From: Lepidodermella squamata
Taxonomy: Eukaryota > Animalia > Gastrotricha
Direction of reading: 5' to 3'
Length of the DNA: 64,000 bases
NCBI GenBank assembly: GCA_047495785.1
Contig: JBLDXI010000032.1
Span: forward strand, 2,852,001-2,916,000
Shown one piece after another: positions 50,698-64,000 of this stretch (position 1 is the stretch's first letter; every line of letters begins with the position of its first letter). Made by a program: the position numbers and the translations under genes. Under the pieces are notes generated by a model. It had not been told where the DNA came from. It worked only from the letters and a program-made list of their open reading frames with translations, and searched no databases.

Positions 50698-50889
50698 TAA
50701 TGACTTATAAATTATATTTCGTGAGAAGTTGGTGATTGTGACTATAAATAGTTCAAGTAATAAAAAAACTACTTAATTTCTTCTTAGCGATAAAATTCAG
50801 GAAAACACTGATAAGAGTTCGAATTGCATGAAATAATCTCGACTTGACCTATTTGCATTTGATTTTTTGCGAGAACTCTATTACAAAAA

Positions 50890-52015
50890 ACGGCTAGCAA
50901 TAACTCATTTGAATGTCCCTCAGGGACGAGTTATCATCCTATCAGTGACGTTTGCTGTGTTGGATTCTACGTTGCAACCCTCATTAACAGTTATGTAACA
51001 CCCTGCATCATTTTCGGCGGAATCTTCATGAGCCTATTATCTTACCGAACTTTGAGTGGAATTACCGTCACCCGCGATGCATCGGTTTTATACAAACTAA
51101 AATACCACCTACCTGTTCATTACTTGATGAAAGCTATCACACTGAATGCCGGCATGTTTTTCATCACCTCAATACCACATGTCATGTACTACTGCTCGAC
51201 AATCGATGCGATTTGCGGGCAGGGCGCGTCGAAAGCTTGGAATTACGCTGTACTCATTGCCGCGTGGACGACGGGAATGTTCGGCAATGACGTCGCTCAT
51301 TGGGTGTCATATTGCCTTGTCGTCCTATACGGCATCGAACGGTGTTACAGGCTGACTCGATCGCGAACTCTTGATTCGCAAAAAATGCCAATGTACGCGC
51401 ATTTTTTAGCTATCCAGGTATGAAAAAATTCAGGAAAAATTCAGATTTTTAGTGAATTTTTTATACTAGGTTGGGCTTATTATCGGTATGACGCAAACTA
51501 ACAAGTTCGCTGTGGTAAAAATGCCTGATATTGGCTGGGCTCTAGTCTCGAAAGATGAGACGGCGGGTCGAGATCCTTTCCAGCTGTATGTGTTCAAACA
51601 ATTCATGGCAATTGCTACATATTGTCTCGCAATCGGCTCATATTTTCTCATTGGAAAATCGCTGTTTATCGCGTGGTTCCTAACTAAAAGCGTCGATACA
51701 ATGAATTATTCTCAGCGGCGTCGAAGTCGAAATAGCCTGTTGGTTAACGAACGGGAGCGAAATTTGACGTGGATCTACATGGCGATAGCAACGCTATTCA
51801 CGTTGCACCTGCTCAGTAAAATTGTTGATTTTATCGTCAATTCGCACCTGACTAGTCTCGGTGACGCGGCTGATCCTTATTCTGTGTGCAATTTTAACGG
51901 GTTTATGCCTGAAGTCAGCAACATCCTTCTGGATCTCAGCGAGTTGTCTGCAGCTTCAATGGGTTGCTTGATTAGCAAACGCATCAGCCTTATTAATAGA
52001 TATAACTTGCCGTAG
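50890..52015 (+). CDS. Divergent rhodopsin-like 7TM receptor, paralog of 15879-16963 (start uncertain)
   Basis: NDVAHW..YGIERCY parallels NDISHW..YGVERF. Intron ~51418-51469. Frame is open upstream of the ATG at 51028 back to a stop near 50860. Confidence 0.65.
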
Positions 52016-52193
52016 AATTATTTCAAATAAAAAGTCTTAAGGTGATCGCAATAAAATGAAAAATTCCTGTTCCAGTTAAGAGGTTGTCTGGTCGCGTGCT
52101 TTTTTTGAATTGAAATAATCTGATCGCGTGCAAAGTTGAAGTTTATTCCCTTCAGCTTCATCGTGAAACTTTTTTCGATTTTTTGGCGTTGCT

Positions 52194-55100
52194 ATGTTGG
52201 CTACCTTTTATTTTCCACTGCTCGTCCTAGCGACGATTTTTTCCCAATCGTTGGGGTATCCAGCTGCTTACAAGATTTTCGCCCCATACGTTGGGCCCAA
52301 TGATGCGTGGCCGACGGGCATCAGCATCAAATACCATCTTTCAGACAGTGAGTCCAGATTATTTTCAAAAATCTTTCTTCAATTTTTACCATAATTAATT
52401 AAGGCCTGACAAATGGCGAAAAGACAGTGATTAGGCAAGCTATATCCTGGTGGACCTCTCGGACATGTTTGGTATTTTTGGAAAAAGCGAGTCTGAACCT
52501 AAACCAGCCTGGAATTATTTTCACGAAAAAATCCTCAGGGTAGTAGCAAATTTTCTGATTAGAAGCCGCCTTAATTAACTTTATTTTCTGTTCCAGGGAA
52601 TGTGTTACAGATATCGGGCGAGTTGGAAATACTCCTCAGACAGTCGAATTATCGCCGGCCTGTATCAGGGTCTGTTAATTGCCTCCATTCAATTTATTTA
52701 TTTATTTTTATATCAATTTTTAGAGTGTTGGAACGATTGCGCATGAGATCGGTCACATTTTAGGATATGTGAGCCAATTTTTCGCAAACATTTCGTTCAA
52801 TAAATAATACCATTTCTTATAGATCGACGAGCATCAACGATACCGTCGTGATCAAGCGATTTCAATCGATTTAAAATCTGTCAGAGCGTAAGAAATTTAA
52901 AGCCGGCTATATACCGCCTAATCACCCAACCGTGAAATCAATAGGTCACTATGGGATAATTTTGACAAATTGACACCGTCGAACAACGCCTTCAAGTATT
53001 GGTACGATTTCGCGTCGATAATGCAGCAGCCTACTACTTACCTTACGTCCTTCACCGGAGCTAGAACTATCATTCCGAAAGATCCTTTGAATGTTAACAT
53101 TATGGGGCAAAGGAACGACCTTTCCTACCTTGACGGGTTGAGAATGGCTGCGATTTATGGCTGCTTTGGTACGTAGCGTAATTTCGCAATTTCAGGTATA
53201 TCAGTTTTATCTTTTAGCTAAGGTTACGAATAGCTGCCACAAACGGGGTTACCAAACTCCGAATGGTTGCATTTGCAAAGCGGGCTATGATAGCCAGACG
53301 TCTTGCAACACCCTGATACCCCTCAATCCGGCGGTATGTGGCAATGGCCCACAGGAAATTGTCGTGCCAGGGTGCGCAACTGGTTTCATTGATCTACCCT
53401 CTGGAAATCCGCCTATTGGGTCTACATGCGTTTGGAAAATCAAATCGGTTACTACATCAAATTCTATTGTTAAAAAATTAAAATTAATTTTTTTCAGAGT
53501 GATGATGGAGCAAGCTTTGCTTTTGGCTTTGACTCTCGGCCCTTGAAGAGTGATCGAGACTGCGCAAAAATGGGTAAAAAAAATTTGGAAAATTTTGAAA
53601 AACCTCCGAAAAATTCGTTTTTTTGTCAGGTCCCATTTGCGAAGATTACGTTGAAATTTATGACCCAGTGACCGAGAAATCAAGCCGGTAAAAAATTTGT
53701 AATTTATTTGTACATTTTTAAGGTTGATTTTTTCAGATTTTGCACCTGCGGTATAAGCGCCGGCAGGGTGTTCAAATCTGCGTCCTCTGAAGTCATAGTC
53801 ATTTTCCGAAAATTCACCAACGAAAATTTTGAAACTTCACGCCTCGGTTTCTACGCGACGTGCAGTTGGCAACCGGCTACGGCATTGACCAGGGAGTGCC
53901 AGATTACCGAAACCGGGTATGATTACGAAGGCTCAGTGGCGAGATCGGCCTCGGGACATAAGTGCCTGCCGTGGCCTGTTCTTAGCTATGTCAGCGACTA
54001 CGACTTCCCGAAAGGCATTGTCTTGGCTAACAGCGGTGTTTGCCGCAATCCAACTTCAGCCGAACAGGCGTTTTGTTTCATTCATGCGAGGAACCCAGTT
54101 CAATCACCCTGTAGCTTGAAAAAATGCGGTTAGAAATTCAGCCTCAAATTTCTGCTTAATATTTTTCGATTTTGTTTATCCCGCAGAGCCATATGTTAGG
54201 TGTATAAAGGGCCTGAGACACAGGGAATTCTCTGCCTGCCGCCCGCTAGAACTCGGCTGTTTACGCTATGAGAATCAAGTTAGCTTCAATTTATTTTTCA
54301 AAAAAATATCAATAGTTATCTCAATTTTTTCCAAAGCTTGAACCGTTCGATGACGAGGGCAGTCCATCGGAACTCGTGTATATCGATCACATGGCATGCA
54401 GATTCGGGGTTTGAGAAATTTTATAAAATTTAGGTTGAAATACGATTTTTTCAATAGAGAGCCAAGTGCTGCTTCTCCTGGGCATCGAAATTATACCACC
54501 ACGGCTCTGCAGAAGCTCCGTGTGCCAGCAATCAATTTCAAGTAAAATATTTAAAAATTGCCTGATATTTGTCAATTTTTTTCTCAGCTTGAAATCTACA
54601 ACAAACCATATCCAGCTATTTTTGGCGACAATTTTCACAGCGCTGTCTCAACATGCACGGATAAAGTTATTTGCAAATTTTTTCGAACTATCAATATTCG
54701 AGAATTTGTTTTAAGGTGGCTGTTAAACGATGCGCTGACAGGCACGATAAAACGGTTGTCTGCGTTTCGGTTAAGAAACACTGCCCGGATCATTTGAAAG
54801 AAGGAAAGGTCTATCTATCGTACGCTAACTGCTATCTGGGGGTCAGTTTTCAAGAAATGTATTCGCGTTAAAAACTAATTTTTTTTACAGGATGCCTTCA
54901 GATTCTGTGTTGCTAAGGACAAATCAGCCCGCTGTATTGACGCCCGGCAGCATTGTGATAAGAAAAATGAAGTCGAGGTTTTAATTTCAAATTCCAAATT
55001 ATTTCGTTTTATTCCTCGGTTTTTATACGCAGACCGGCCATTTCGGGGAATCAGCCGAGTTTGCGAAGAATTTAGGCAGATGTCTCAACAACGGATTCGC

Positions 55101-55446
55101 AATTTGCATAGATAGAAACAACGGCAATGCAAGAAGCTGTTGCAAAGTGTCATCGCCCGGATCGTTGCAGCTCGTTTTGAACAAACTTTTCGCCACAAAA
55201 GCGGCGTGTGAAGCGAGAAAAATGCTGCTCCAATCGTCGGCATCACGCCGCTCCGACCTGCTGGATACTATCGAGATGAAGGCTGCGGATGTTGTGGCTG
55301 AAAATCGCGAAGAGTTCGATAAATTGAACGATGTTCAAAAAGCCTACGCTGAACAATTCGCTAAATTGTTTGTTCTTTCTCGCCTTGACGATGAGAAAAC
55401 CGAAAATCCTATCCCTAAACTTGACAAGGAGGATGAGAATTTATGA
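52194..55446 (+). CDS. Astacin-like EGF-CUB-kringle protein, copy A4 (most divergent)
   Basis: MLATFYFPLLVLATIFSQSLG signal; HEIGHILGY|IDEHQRYRRD (52742); YDFASIMQQ; kringle GYDYEGSVARSASGHKCLPW..VCRNP. Conserved intron positions. Confidence 0.83.
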
Positions 55447-55946
55447 ACTTTTTGAGATTCAGTGAACTAGAACTTTCTTGATCAGTAAATATTTTAGAAA
55501 ATAAAATACAGCCGCCTTAATTAAGTACTTATACTGCGGCAGTCGCTTTGTTTGTTTGTCTCGCGTTTTATTTCTCGCTATTAGCCGTCGGTGACATAAA
55601 CAACCAGCCTGACTCTCAAATGCGGCACACGTTTTTTTGCACTGCTTATAACGTGTCGCTTTGCGCAAGGTGAGTGCTTATATATGCGCAAAGCGTAAAA
55701 ATTTGCGCATCGACCAGAGCATAAAATATACCAGCGTATACACTTATTCTCGTCGTATTCTCGCCATTATTTACCGCTGCAATGCTCGTAGCAAAATGCA
55801 GCCTTTCTATTCAATCCATGTAAAAGCCGACTTTTAACATACAACTACTTGATAAAATTCATTGATATTATCAAAGTTTCAACAAAATGATACAGTTACT
55901 CATCTACATTTCATTTAAAGTCTCTTGCGCCAAAATGAAGTAAAAA

Positions 55947-58900
55947 ATGACCGAGCCGGAAGAGGTAATTCAAAATTTGCATACTAATTATTATTAATAT
56001 TTCGAAATTTATAGACGTACCTGAGACGATTACATACCTATGCTAAGGAAAATTTCCATTTCCGAACGTGCTGTCGATATGTGAAAGTCGACTTTTCAAT
56101 AGACAAAGGTGCTAAAAATGGATTTTTCGCCAAGTTTGTCCAGTCCATTTTTAGGGACAACATATTTTTAAATCGATTTATTTCCATAGAGATGATTGCG
56201 CTTGTGGTCGGCCTTTATCCTGGCACTCAGACATCAAGGCTCAAGGACCATCGACGTCATCGACTGCCGCTGAAAATAGCCCAGCGAAAACTACCGAAAC
56301 TGGCGATTCTGATTCTTGGGATCAATCGAATCTCTCAAATGCACCTTATTGGTCACCCGAATCTGACACAATCACTCAACCGTGCAATGCGTGTGGGAAA
56401 CTTATTTTCACGCCCGGTGATGGTTTTGATGATTCAACCATCGTGCCAGGAGCTTCGGCGTATTTTGTCCGCCTATCGCCAGACCCGTCTCATGTTTACA
56501 TGGAGAACTTATATCGGTTACTGACCTCGAAACAATACATGTCCCTACCTGCCCCGCAGTTGGTCATCGAAATCGCTGGAATGGCTCGAAAATTGCAGCA
56601 TGTCGATCAGGAAATTATTGAAAAATTTACGAGCGGTTTGATTAAGGCGGCGCGGACAGCTCGAGCTTGGGTTGTAACAGCTGGCACAAATGCGGGCGTT
56701 CACGGCCTGGTTGGCGATGCGGTGTCTAAGGCACGCATGAGTTATCTCGAGAAGAAAATAACTTGCCTCGGAATAGCGAGTTGGGGCATTGTCGAAGGCC
56801 GTGAGAATTTAATTCACCACGCAACGGCCTCTCCGTCCGAAAATCAGGGTTTCGTTAAGGAGGATGACGTCGCTATTGAAATGGACACGCTTCACTGCTT
56901 TCAGCCCCATCTTTACACTTTAAAACGACCTGAACACTGTAATATGGCAGCTCCTATAAATCCGGGCCATGACAGTTTTATTTTTATTGATAACGGCCGC
57001 GAAAAACGATTCGGGGAAGAGTTGGTATTTCGCGCAAGATTCTTGCATTACTTATCGCAAAAAACGATGCGAAGTCACGGCGGTTCGCCCATTTCGACGC
57101 CGTTAGTTTTACTTGTCGTCGGCGGTGGCGTGAACACCCTGAAAACCGTGGAAATGTCTATCGTCAGCAATTTGGTGAGTATAACAGACTTCGACGATGG
57201 CGATTTGGATCGCGATTTCGATACGAAATCACTCGGGCGTGAAAGCCCGGAAGATACGCCTAAATTGAGGCGAGGTCGGTCGATGAAGATCACTGCTGAT
57301 CAGTTACCGAACCGTAACTGGGCCAGACCGGCTGTTATTTTGCCAAATTTCGGCGGAGTTGGTGACTTACTAGCCTATGCTTATGAAATTACATCCCTCC
57401 CGTCGGAAAAAGAAACGCAAAGCAGTAATCGAAACTCTGTTCAGCTGAGGTATGAATAATCAGTATACTTTTATAGATGATCTCAAGATTCTTTAAATAG
57501 AATGCTCAAGACTAGAAGCGCTTTCCCCGATGATTTCGATCATCGAATCAAGAGGCATCCAGCTTTCGATCAAATCCTTCAATTCGTGCATGAATCAGTC
57601 AGGCGTGACGAGGGTGTAATGGTCATCAAAAGACTCAGAAATTGCCTGAAAAATCGGCACATGGTAAATCTATTCAATTTCTTCTATTTTTTCTATATTT
57701 TTGTCATCTGATTTTAGATGACTGTTGTCGATTTGACTGAGGAACATGACTTCGTTCCGCTTGACCATGCAATTTTGAATGCTATTTTAAAATCGCAAAA
57801 TACCTCACCTGGGGCAACATTTGAGTTGGCTCAAATTTGGAACAGAATCGACGTGGCAAAGCGGCTGTTGTCTCAACACGAGAAAGAAATCAGCCAACAA
57901 ATCGACATGAAATCAGCGCTTCATCGAGCTGTTATATTTGGGCAATGCGAATTCTTCAAACTCATCCTCGAATACGGCTTTGTAGAGTTGAATTCCTATC
58001 TGACGCTGTACCAAATTCGCAACTTTTACACAGACGTAAGCCCAGGATTATTTATTAAGGCGGATTTTTTTTTAATTTTCCGCTGTCGTTCAGATTTTTC
58101 TTAAGCGACGGGGCAAAACTGGGAAAGCGACTTGCGTTTGGTTATTTCGAAGTTTATTGCTCAATCAAACGTCAGAAAAAACGCTATCAGACCCAGCGAA
58201 TCCAAGACTATTATACCATATCGGTGCAATTATCTCGAATCTTCTCGGCTGTTACATGGGCAACGCGTTTTTAGCTGAAAAATCTTTCGAAAAGCACAAC
58301 CATCGATCGGCTGATATTCCAGCTCAAACAGCATTTTTATTGCTGTCTTACGAAACGAGCAAACGTGACCTATTTTTATTGCAACTGCTTACTCATCGCC
58401 GCGATTTTGCGACCTACATTTGGAAAAAAGGTCACGACCACATCGGGTCTGCCCTCATGGCTGCGATATTTCTCAAATCGTTATCGAACTCAGCTAATCG
58501 CCTTGACATGACTGATTTAGGCTCTGTCTACCAAGAATCAGCCTTGGATTGGGAGAATAAGGCTATTTCACTACTAAGTGCTTGTTACGAACAGGATCCT
58601 TTAGCAACAGGGCGTCTTTTGACCCGCAGTCTATTGACATGGCAGGGTCTTACTGTACTCGAAATGGCTCATTATGGCAAGGTTATGACATTTATGGAAC
58701 AGCCGGCTGTTCAAACCACCTTAATGTCAGCCTGGCTCGGACGAATGGCGACTTTTACCTCGAAACGGCTGATTTATGCCGCTCTACTGCCTCCCCTTAC
58801 TCCTTTTTTGATCTTCAAAATTCGATTCGAGAAAAGTGTTGCGAATCAAGGAATGAACTCGCTGGCTGTCCCGCATTACTTGCCGCCCTCGGGCACTCCG

Positions 58901-60943
58901 CCCAATGAACCTCAAGGGGGCGCCTATGCACGGCAAATTAGTAGAACGGTTGATAACAAGTCGATCGATAATTATGAGGCTTTCCTTACGCCAACTAATA
59001 GGCAAGATGTCAAGCTGACTAGGGCATCGCTTCGTAACTACAACGAAGACGGCCGCATCAGTGTTTTTGCTGCTCTTTATCTTTTGTATTCATCACCGAC
59101 TGCAAAATATATTTATCATTCGGTAATAAAAATTTTATTTTCCCGTCAATTTCGAATGATTCTTTTATTTCAGTTTGCAACGGCTGCTTTCCTTTTCGTA
59201 TTTTCTGCTTTCATTTCGTATGGAACGCAAGGTCGAGACATTGTTGCCATCGAAATTTTCATCTGGATTTGCTGCTGTGTTTATTTTCTAGACGTTTTAC
59301 GAGAGGTAATTTATTATTATAAAACGTCCAGGTATTATTTTACTGAAATTTTGTTGTCAGGGTTTCGGAAGATCAGGTGCATCTCTGCCCGAGTTGCTCA
59401 GCCATTTCTTCGCTTCAATTCGTTATCTGACCGAGACAATAAGTTTTTTCATGATTGTAACTGCTGGTGCTATTCGAATTTTCGCTCGAAATAACGTTGA
59501 CCCGGTTTACTCGCATACAATTTACGCCATCGCTTGCGTCATTTATTGGATAAAGGCTCTCCGAATATTTTTTGTCGCCGAGTCAATCGGAGCCAAAGTC
59601 ATCACTCTCTACAACATGGTAATTTAAAAAAAATTAAAATAGTTTTCAAGTCTGGGCGCACTTTAAATCCAGGGTTAGATCACTAAATATTCTCAACATG
59701 TAGTTTTTCAGGCCTTTCCTAAAAATTCGAATTCTGTCATGCGTAACCCATAAATTTATTTGAAAAATAAGGAGTAATTTTTCCAAAATGTCCGATATTA
59801 GGAAGCCATTATTAAAACAAATTCTACTTTTTTTAACAGCTTCAAGATCTACTGTTCTTCGTGATAATATACCTCATTCTGCTGCTGACTTTTTCGGTAC
59901 CAATTTACGCGCTAATGTACCCGGAGCAACAAATAACAACGGACGCGTCATCATTTTTCCTGCTGCTGAAAGACATCATCTACGGCCGGCTTTGGAATTT
60001 GTTCGCAACAACGTTAGATGACTCTCGAAACACGGTTGAAGGAACTTGCAGCTCGAAAACGTCAAGTAACGGAAGTTATGTACCGAAAATACCTATAATA
60101 CTGGTCGAAACTCGGCGACAAGTTTTGCTTGACAATCGATCTATTAGCGACACGCCGATTTCCGGTTCAGACTTTGATTCGCTCATTTTTCGTCAGGACT
60201 CTAACTCATCATTATTCGAACCTCAATTTCAACCGACTACGGCGGCGATAAAATGCTCGACGCGGAACGTGTTTGCTATCATTTTATACATCATATACCT
60301 CCTGCTGACTAATATCGTAAGAATTCATAGTAAAAATGAATATTTTTTGAAATTTTTCAAAATTTCAGATGCTACTCAACATGCTGATAGCCATGTTTGC
60401 TCATACGGTATAAATTTCTAATAAATTTCGAAATATATTTCTAATTTTCTATTTTTAAGGTGGATAAAACAAGAGTTTCTTCAAGTCAAATATGGCGATT
60501 TGATACGTATCGATTTTTATGCGATTACTACTCAAGACCCATAATGCCTGGGCCATTAATGATATTCGAACTAAGCCACCGATTCGTGGTATTCCTTCTT
60601 CGAAAATGTCGAGCGATCGAACTGAACGAGAACACTGATCTCAGTAAGAGAATTTTATCATTTTTCTTTTCAATGGCAACACTTTTTTATAGAACATTAT
60701 TACCCGGCTTTGCGCGATTTCGAGTATCGAAAAATGGAAATATTCGAACGAAATGCAACAGGGACAGTTGTGTCTTCAAAATTTAGCGATTCACTTGCAA
60801 GTAAATTACAACTGGCTAATGAAAAGTAAGAATATTTATTGCCGTGAAGCTTTGATGTGATTTTCATTTACCTTAGCTTAAGTCGAAGACTTGATCTGAT
60901 CGAATCTAAGCTGGCCACGTCCGATGATGCATCCGATGTTTGA
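55947..60943 (+). CDS. TRPM-family cation channel, no C-terminal enzyme domain
   Basis: CACGR N-terminus; MHR motifs (PQLVIEIAG, GLIKAARTARAWVVTAGTNAGV, GIASWG, NPGHDSFIFIDNG, LAQIWNRIDVAK); TM region; MLLNMLIAMF; TRP box WRFDTYRFLCDYYSRPIMPGPL; short coiled coil; TGA at 60941-60943. Confidence 0.9.
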
Positions 60944-62598
60944 TGAACTGAATGGGAAAATAAATTGGCTTCAATCTAAAATCTCAGCAAGATCAAATCT
61001 ACAACCGCAAAGTTCGAACTTTGAAGAGATTATTCTAGATTTCAATCTAATTTTTACTGCCTGCAGAGCTCAAGGTTATTTAAAAAAAATAAAAAAAAAC
61101 ACCAATGTGACATATTCAGTGGAATTTTGGAACAAATAGTTATTTTTTCCTTTTATAGAAAATATCTATAATAAAAATTCAAGCCTTTATTCATTTTTTT
61201 GCTTCAATTTCACAGACTTAGTCACTGTAAATCCGCGGGATTTCAATCTGTTAATAACTATACCCCATTTCTCGAAGAGCAGCGCAGCAAAAAAAATGCA
61301 AAAAAAACGATGAGTCACTACTTGATTAAAGCACCATTTACTCGATTAAAGCACCATTTACCACTATGAATGGGCACACGAAAAACGTACGTTTAATCGG
61401 TCGGCAAAAACATAGGATTTCGGGACTTAATCGCATTAATGCAACTATGTCGATATGTGTAGTTGAAATAGTCAGATCGGGAATATCATTATCTTCGGAA
61501 GCCATCAGTCACAGAAATCGGGTCTTTCATGTAGCAATTATGGCTAGGGTTTTCATATGTTGCTTCGAGAGCTTGCTTTCGCAAACGAATTAGTTTAACG
61601 TATAATGAACGCATAAGATGAATTTATATTTTTATTGGGTATGGCTTTATTTCAAACGAAATTCAATTTTAATATCGATAGTTAAAAATCATAATTAAAT
61701 ATAAGCCAAAGTGACCCGCCACTTTGGTTCGATGACCCAGGAATTGTACAATTTCGGGTAATACGCCGGCACCCGCCGTTTCGGACTATTGTCCCTGAAA
61801 GCAACCGTCGACAGGACAACGTAGGCGGCTGTTTGCCCATCCTTCTTTCGCTTGAGGTAAATACTCGCAGGATAGGGCTTCTCGGGGAATGACTCGTAAG
61901 GCTTCAGCACACTGAGCCTTTCGGAGAAAAGCTGGCGGCAGGTTCGGAACGTCAATTTTCCGGTTGAATTTTTCGTTTTATCGCCATGATGAAAGCCGCA
62001 ATAAGTGAGTCGTCGACGTAGATGTTCGTAATTCCAAAGAATATTATATTTAGAATTAAAATTCCGAGGAAAAATTTCCAAGCACTCGATGCCGAGCGAG
62101 TACTACTTGTATCGACACAATCTTCCATTAGCTTCAAAGTAATATTTCATAAAAAAAAATAACAACTCTCAGAATTTTCGCCCACACGAAATATAGTAGC
62201 GTAAGCAAAAAAATACAATCGCAAAAACATACAATTTCAGGTTTCAGGACTTCATTTCGCGTGAAATGCGCGATTATTCCTTATTCCTGCCCCCGCACGT
62301 AGTTTTACTTAATCTGGATGAAACTCGTTGTCGGAACCGACCAAGCAAGCCACAGAACCTAGGTTTGACCAACTGGCAGCCAATACGAATTGAAATACGC
62401 ATTTTACTTTGAGGTATAGCCATTATGAGATTTTGCTGCGGAGTTGTCAAAATATCTTCTGTGTAATTAAGCTTTATTTCAGAGTGAACTCAGAGTTAGT
62501 GTCAAGTGTTGCCTACTTAAAGCATCTGAAAATATTTAGATTTCAGAGATACCAAAAATTTCTGGCAATAAATGTTTTAACAGATTTTCACTTTTCAC

Positions 62599-64000
62599 TT
62601 ATTTTCGGCCACATGTCATGCCGGATAATAAGCATTGCTGCATCATAGGGCAGTATGTGGCTGTTCCCTTGCAAGCTGTGCAATTCTGCTCCTCCTCTCC
62701 ATAGCGACAGTCTTGGATGCCATCGCACACCTTCTCATCAGGGATGCATCGCCCGCTAGGGCATCGATATTCAGAACCAGTGCAAGGCCGGCAAATTTCA
62801 TCGGATTTGTCATTTTCACCGCAATCCTAAAGTGTTTGAAAAAATATAAAAAATGAGCGAATTGCTCTCCTGTTTTCAACTTACGATATCTCCATCGCAT
62901 ACGTATCTATTGGAATATTTTGGATTTACTTAGAATATCGTAGTAAGTCTGGAAAACTCACGATTGTGGAATGCATGTAGGACTGTTCAGACACTTGAAA
63001 GGTCGATCAGCAGGGCATTTCGAGCATTGTTGGTCGTCGCCAAATGGGCAGTCGTTAGTTCTATCGCAAACTGCCGAAGGAGGCACGCAAAGGGTGGAGT
63101 TCATGCACTTGTAATAGCCTTCAATGGGGCACTGAAAAATAAATGGTTTGGGGGAAAGTCTCACATGAAAGTTGGTATTACAGTTGTGCAGTTTGACTCA
63201 TCCCAGCCGTTATCGCAATCATTTTCACCGTCGCAAAACGAAGAGGAGCTGAGGCACAACCCGGTGTCAGGGCATTTAACTTGATCGAAAGCACAGGTGC
63301 AGTTTTGCAGCTCATCGTTCGGACAATTTCTCGTGCCGTCGCAAACTCTGTAACTCGACAAGCAAATGCCATCACTGCAGCGGAATTTATCCGCTGGGCA
63401 GGGTGTGTCCTGGCAGTTCTTTTCATCAGAGCCATCCGCACAGTCTTTGTAGCCGTCGCATCGATTAGTAAGAGGATCAATGCATTTCGTTGAATTCGGG
63501 CAATTGAAAGTTTTAACGTCAAGGCCCCGGCACGAAGTACTGCAGTCGACTTCGTCATCTCCAGATGGGCAATCAGCTGTTCCGTCGCACTGGTACCTAA
63601 GAAACATAAGACTTCAGCTGATAGATTTCATGGTCGGAAATCGAGAGCAAACCCTGCAGGGACGCATTTTGTCGTCCCTTTGCATAGGTAAGAGCGATCT
63701 GCAGGACATTCCGTCGAGCATTTGCTCTCCTCTGATCCGTCGTCGCAGTCTTTGTCGCCGTCGCAAATTTCGCTCGAAGAACTCAGGCATACTCCATCGC
63801 TGGCACATTTGAACGTGAGGCATGGGCAGTTCTCTTCGTCATTCGAGCATTGCTTGATCCCATCGCATCGCCGGCTTATCGAGAGACACTTGCCATCAGA
63901 GCACTTGAACTTTGAATCACCTTCACAGGGTACATTCGCGCAGTTTCCCTCGTCGGATCCATCGCCGCAATCATCGTCTCCATCGCAAACGAAGTCCTTT
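62599..64000 (-). CDS. 3' part of an LDL-receptor class A repeat protein (at least 10 repeats; 5' end outside window)
   Basis: Repeated C..C....CDG..DC.DGSDE..C units over several exons, ending [11 protein letters not shown] with TAA at 62599-62601. Confidence 0.88.

Noticed and set aside
60924-61139. Extra TRPM C-terminal ORF
   Set aside because: The spliced frame stops at 60943; this ORF is in another frame in the 3' UTR.
61695-62137. Two overlapping minus-strand ORFs (128 aa and 61 aa)
   Set aside because: The longer lacks an ATG and I found no joining intron or recognisable domain; possibly a small real gene but unsupported.
1-64000. Prokaryotic or endosymbiont origin of the window
   Set aside because: Spliceosomal introns, eukaryotic initiator tRNA, TRPM, LINEs and poly(A) signals show animal nuclear DNA.

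Overview
Eukaryotic, almost certainly invertebrate animal, genomic DNA with many 45-80 nt GT-AG introns and dense non-autonomous transposons. The organism cannot be identified from this window. All gene models were spliced by eye, so boundaries are approximate. Main contents: (1) two tandem copies of a head-to-head pair of paralogous ankyrin-repeat genes with signal peptides and a shared, unrecognised Cys-rich C-terminal domain; (2) four apparently intact genes plus two pseudogene fragments of an astacin-like/EGF/CUB/kringle/Cys-rich family, all four with a variant zinc motif (HExxHxxGYxDEH), no Met-turn Tyr and no N-terminal propeptide; (3) two divergent 7TM receptors, a Schlafen/AlbA_2-like gene lacking catalytic glutamates, an EGF plus C-type lectin gene, a TRPM channel and the 3' end of an LDL-receptor class A repeat gene; (4) tRNA-Leu(UAG) and initiator tRNA-Met; (5) MITE/foldback DNA elements, a tRNA-derived SINE, two LINE fragments and Penelope-like repeats carrying a minimal hammerhead ribozyme. 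The best candidates for undescribed biology are the secreted ankyrin pair and the variant astacin cluster.
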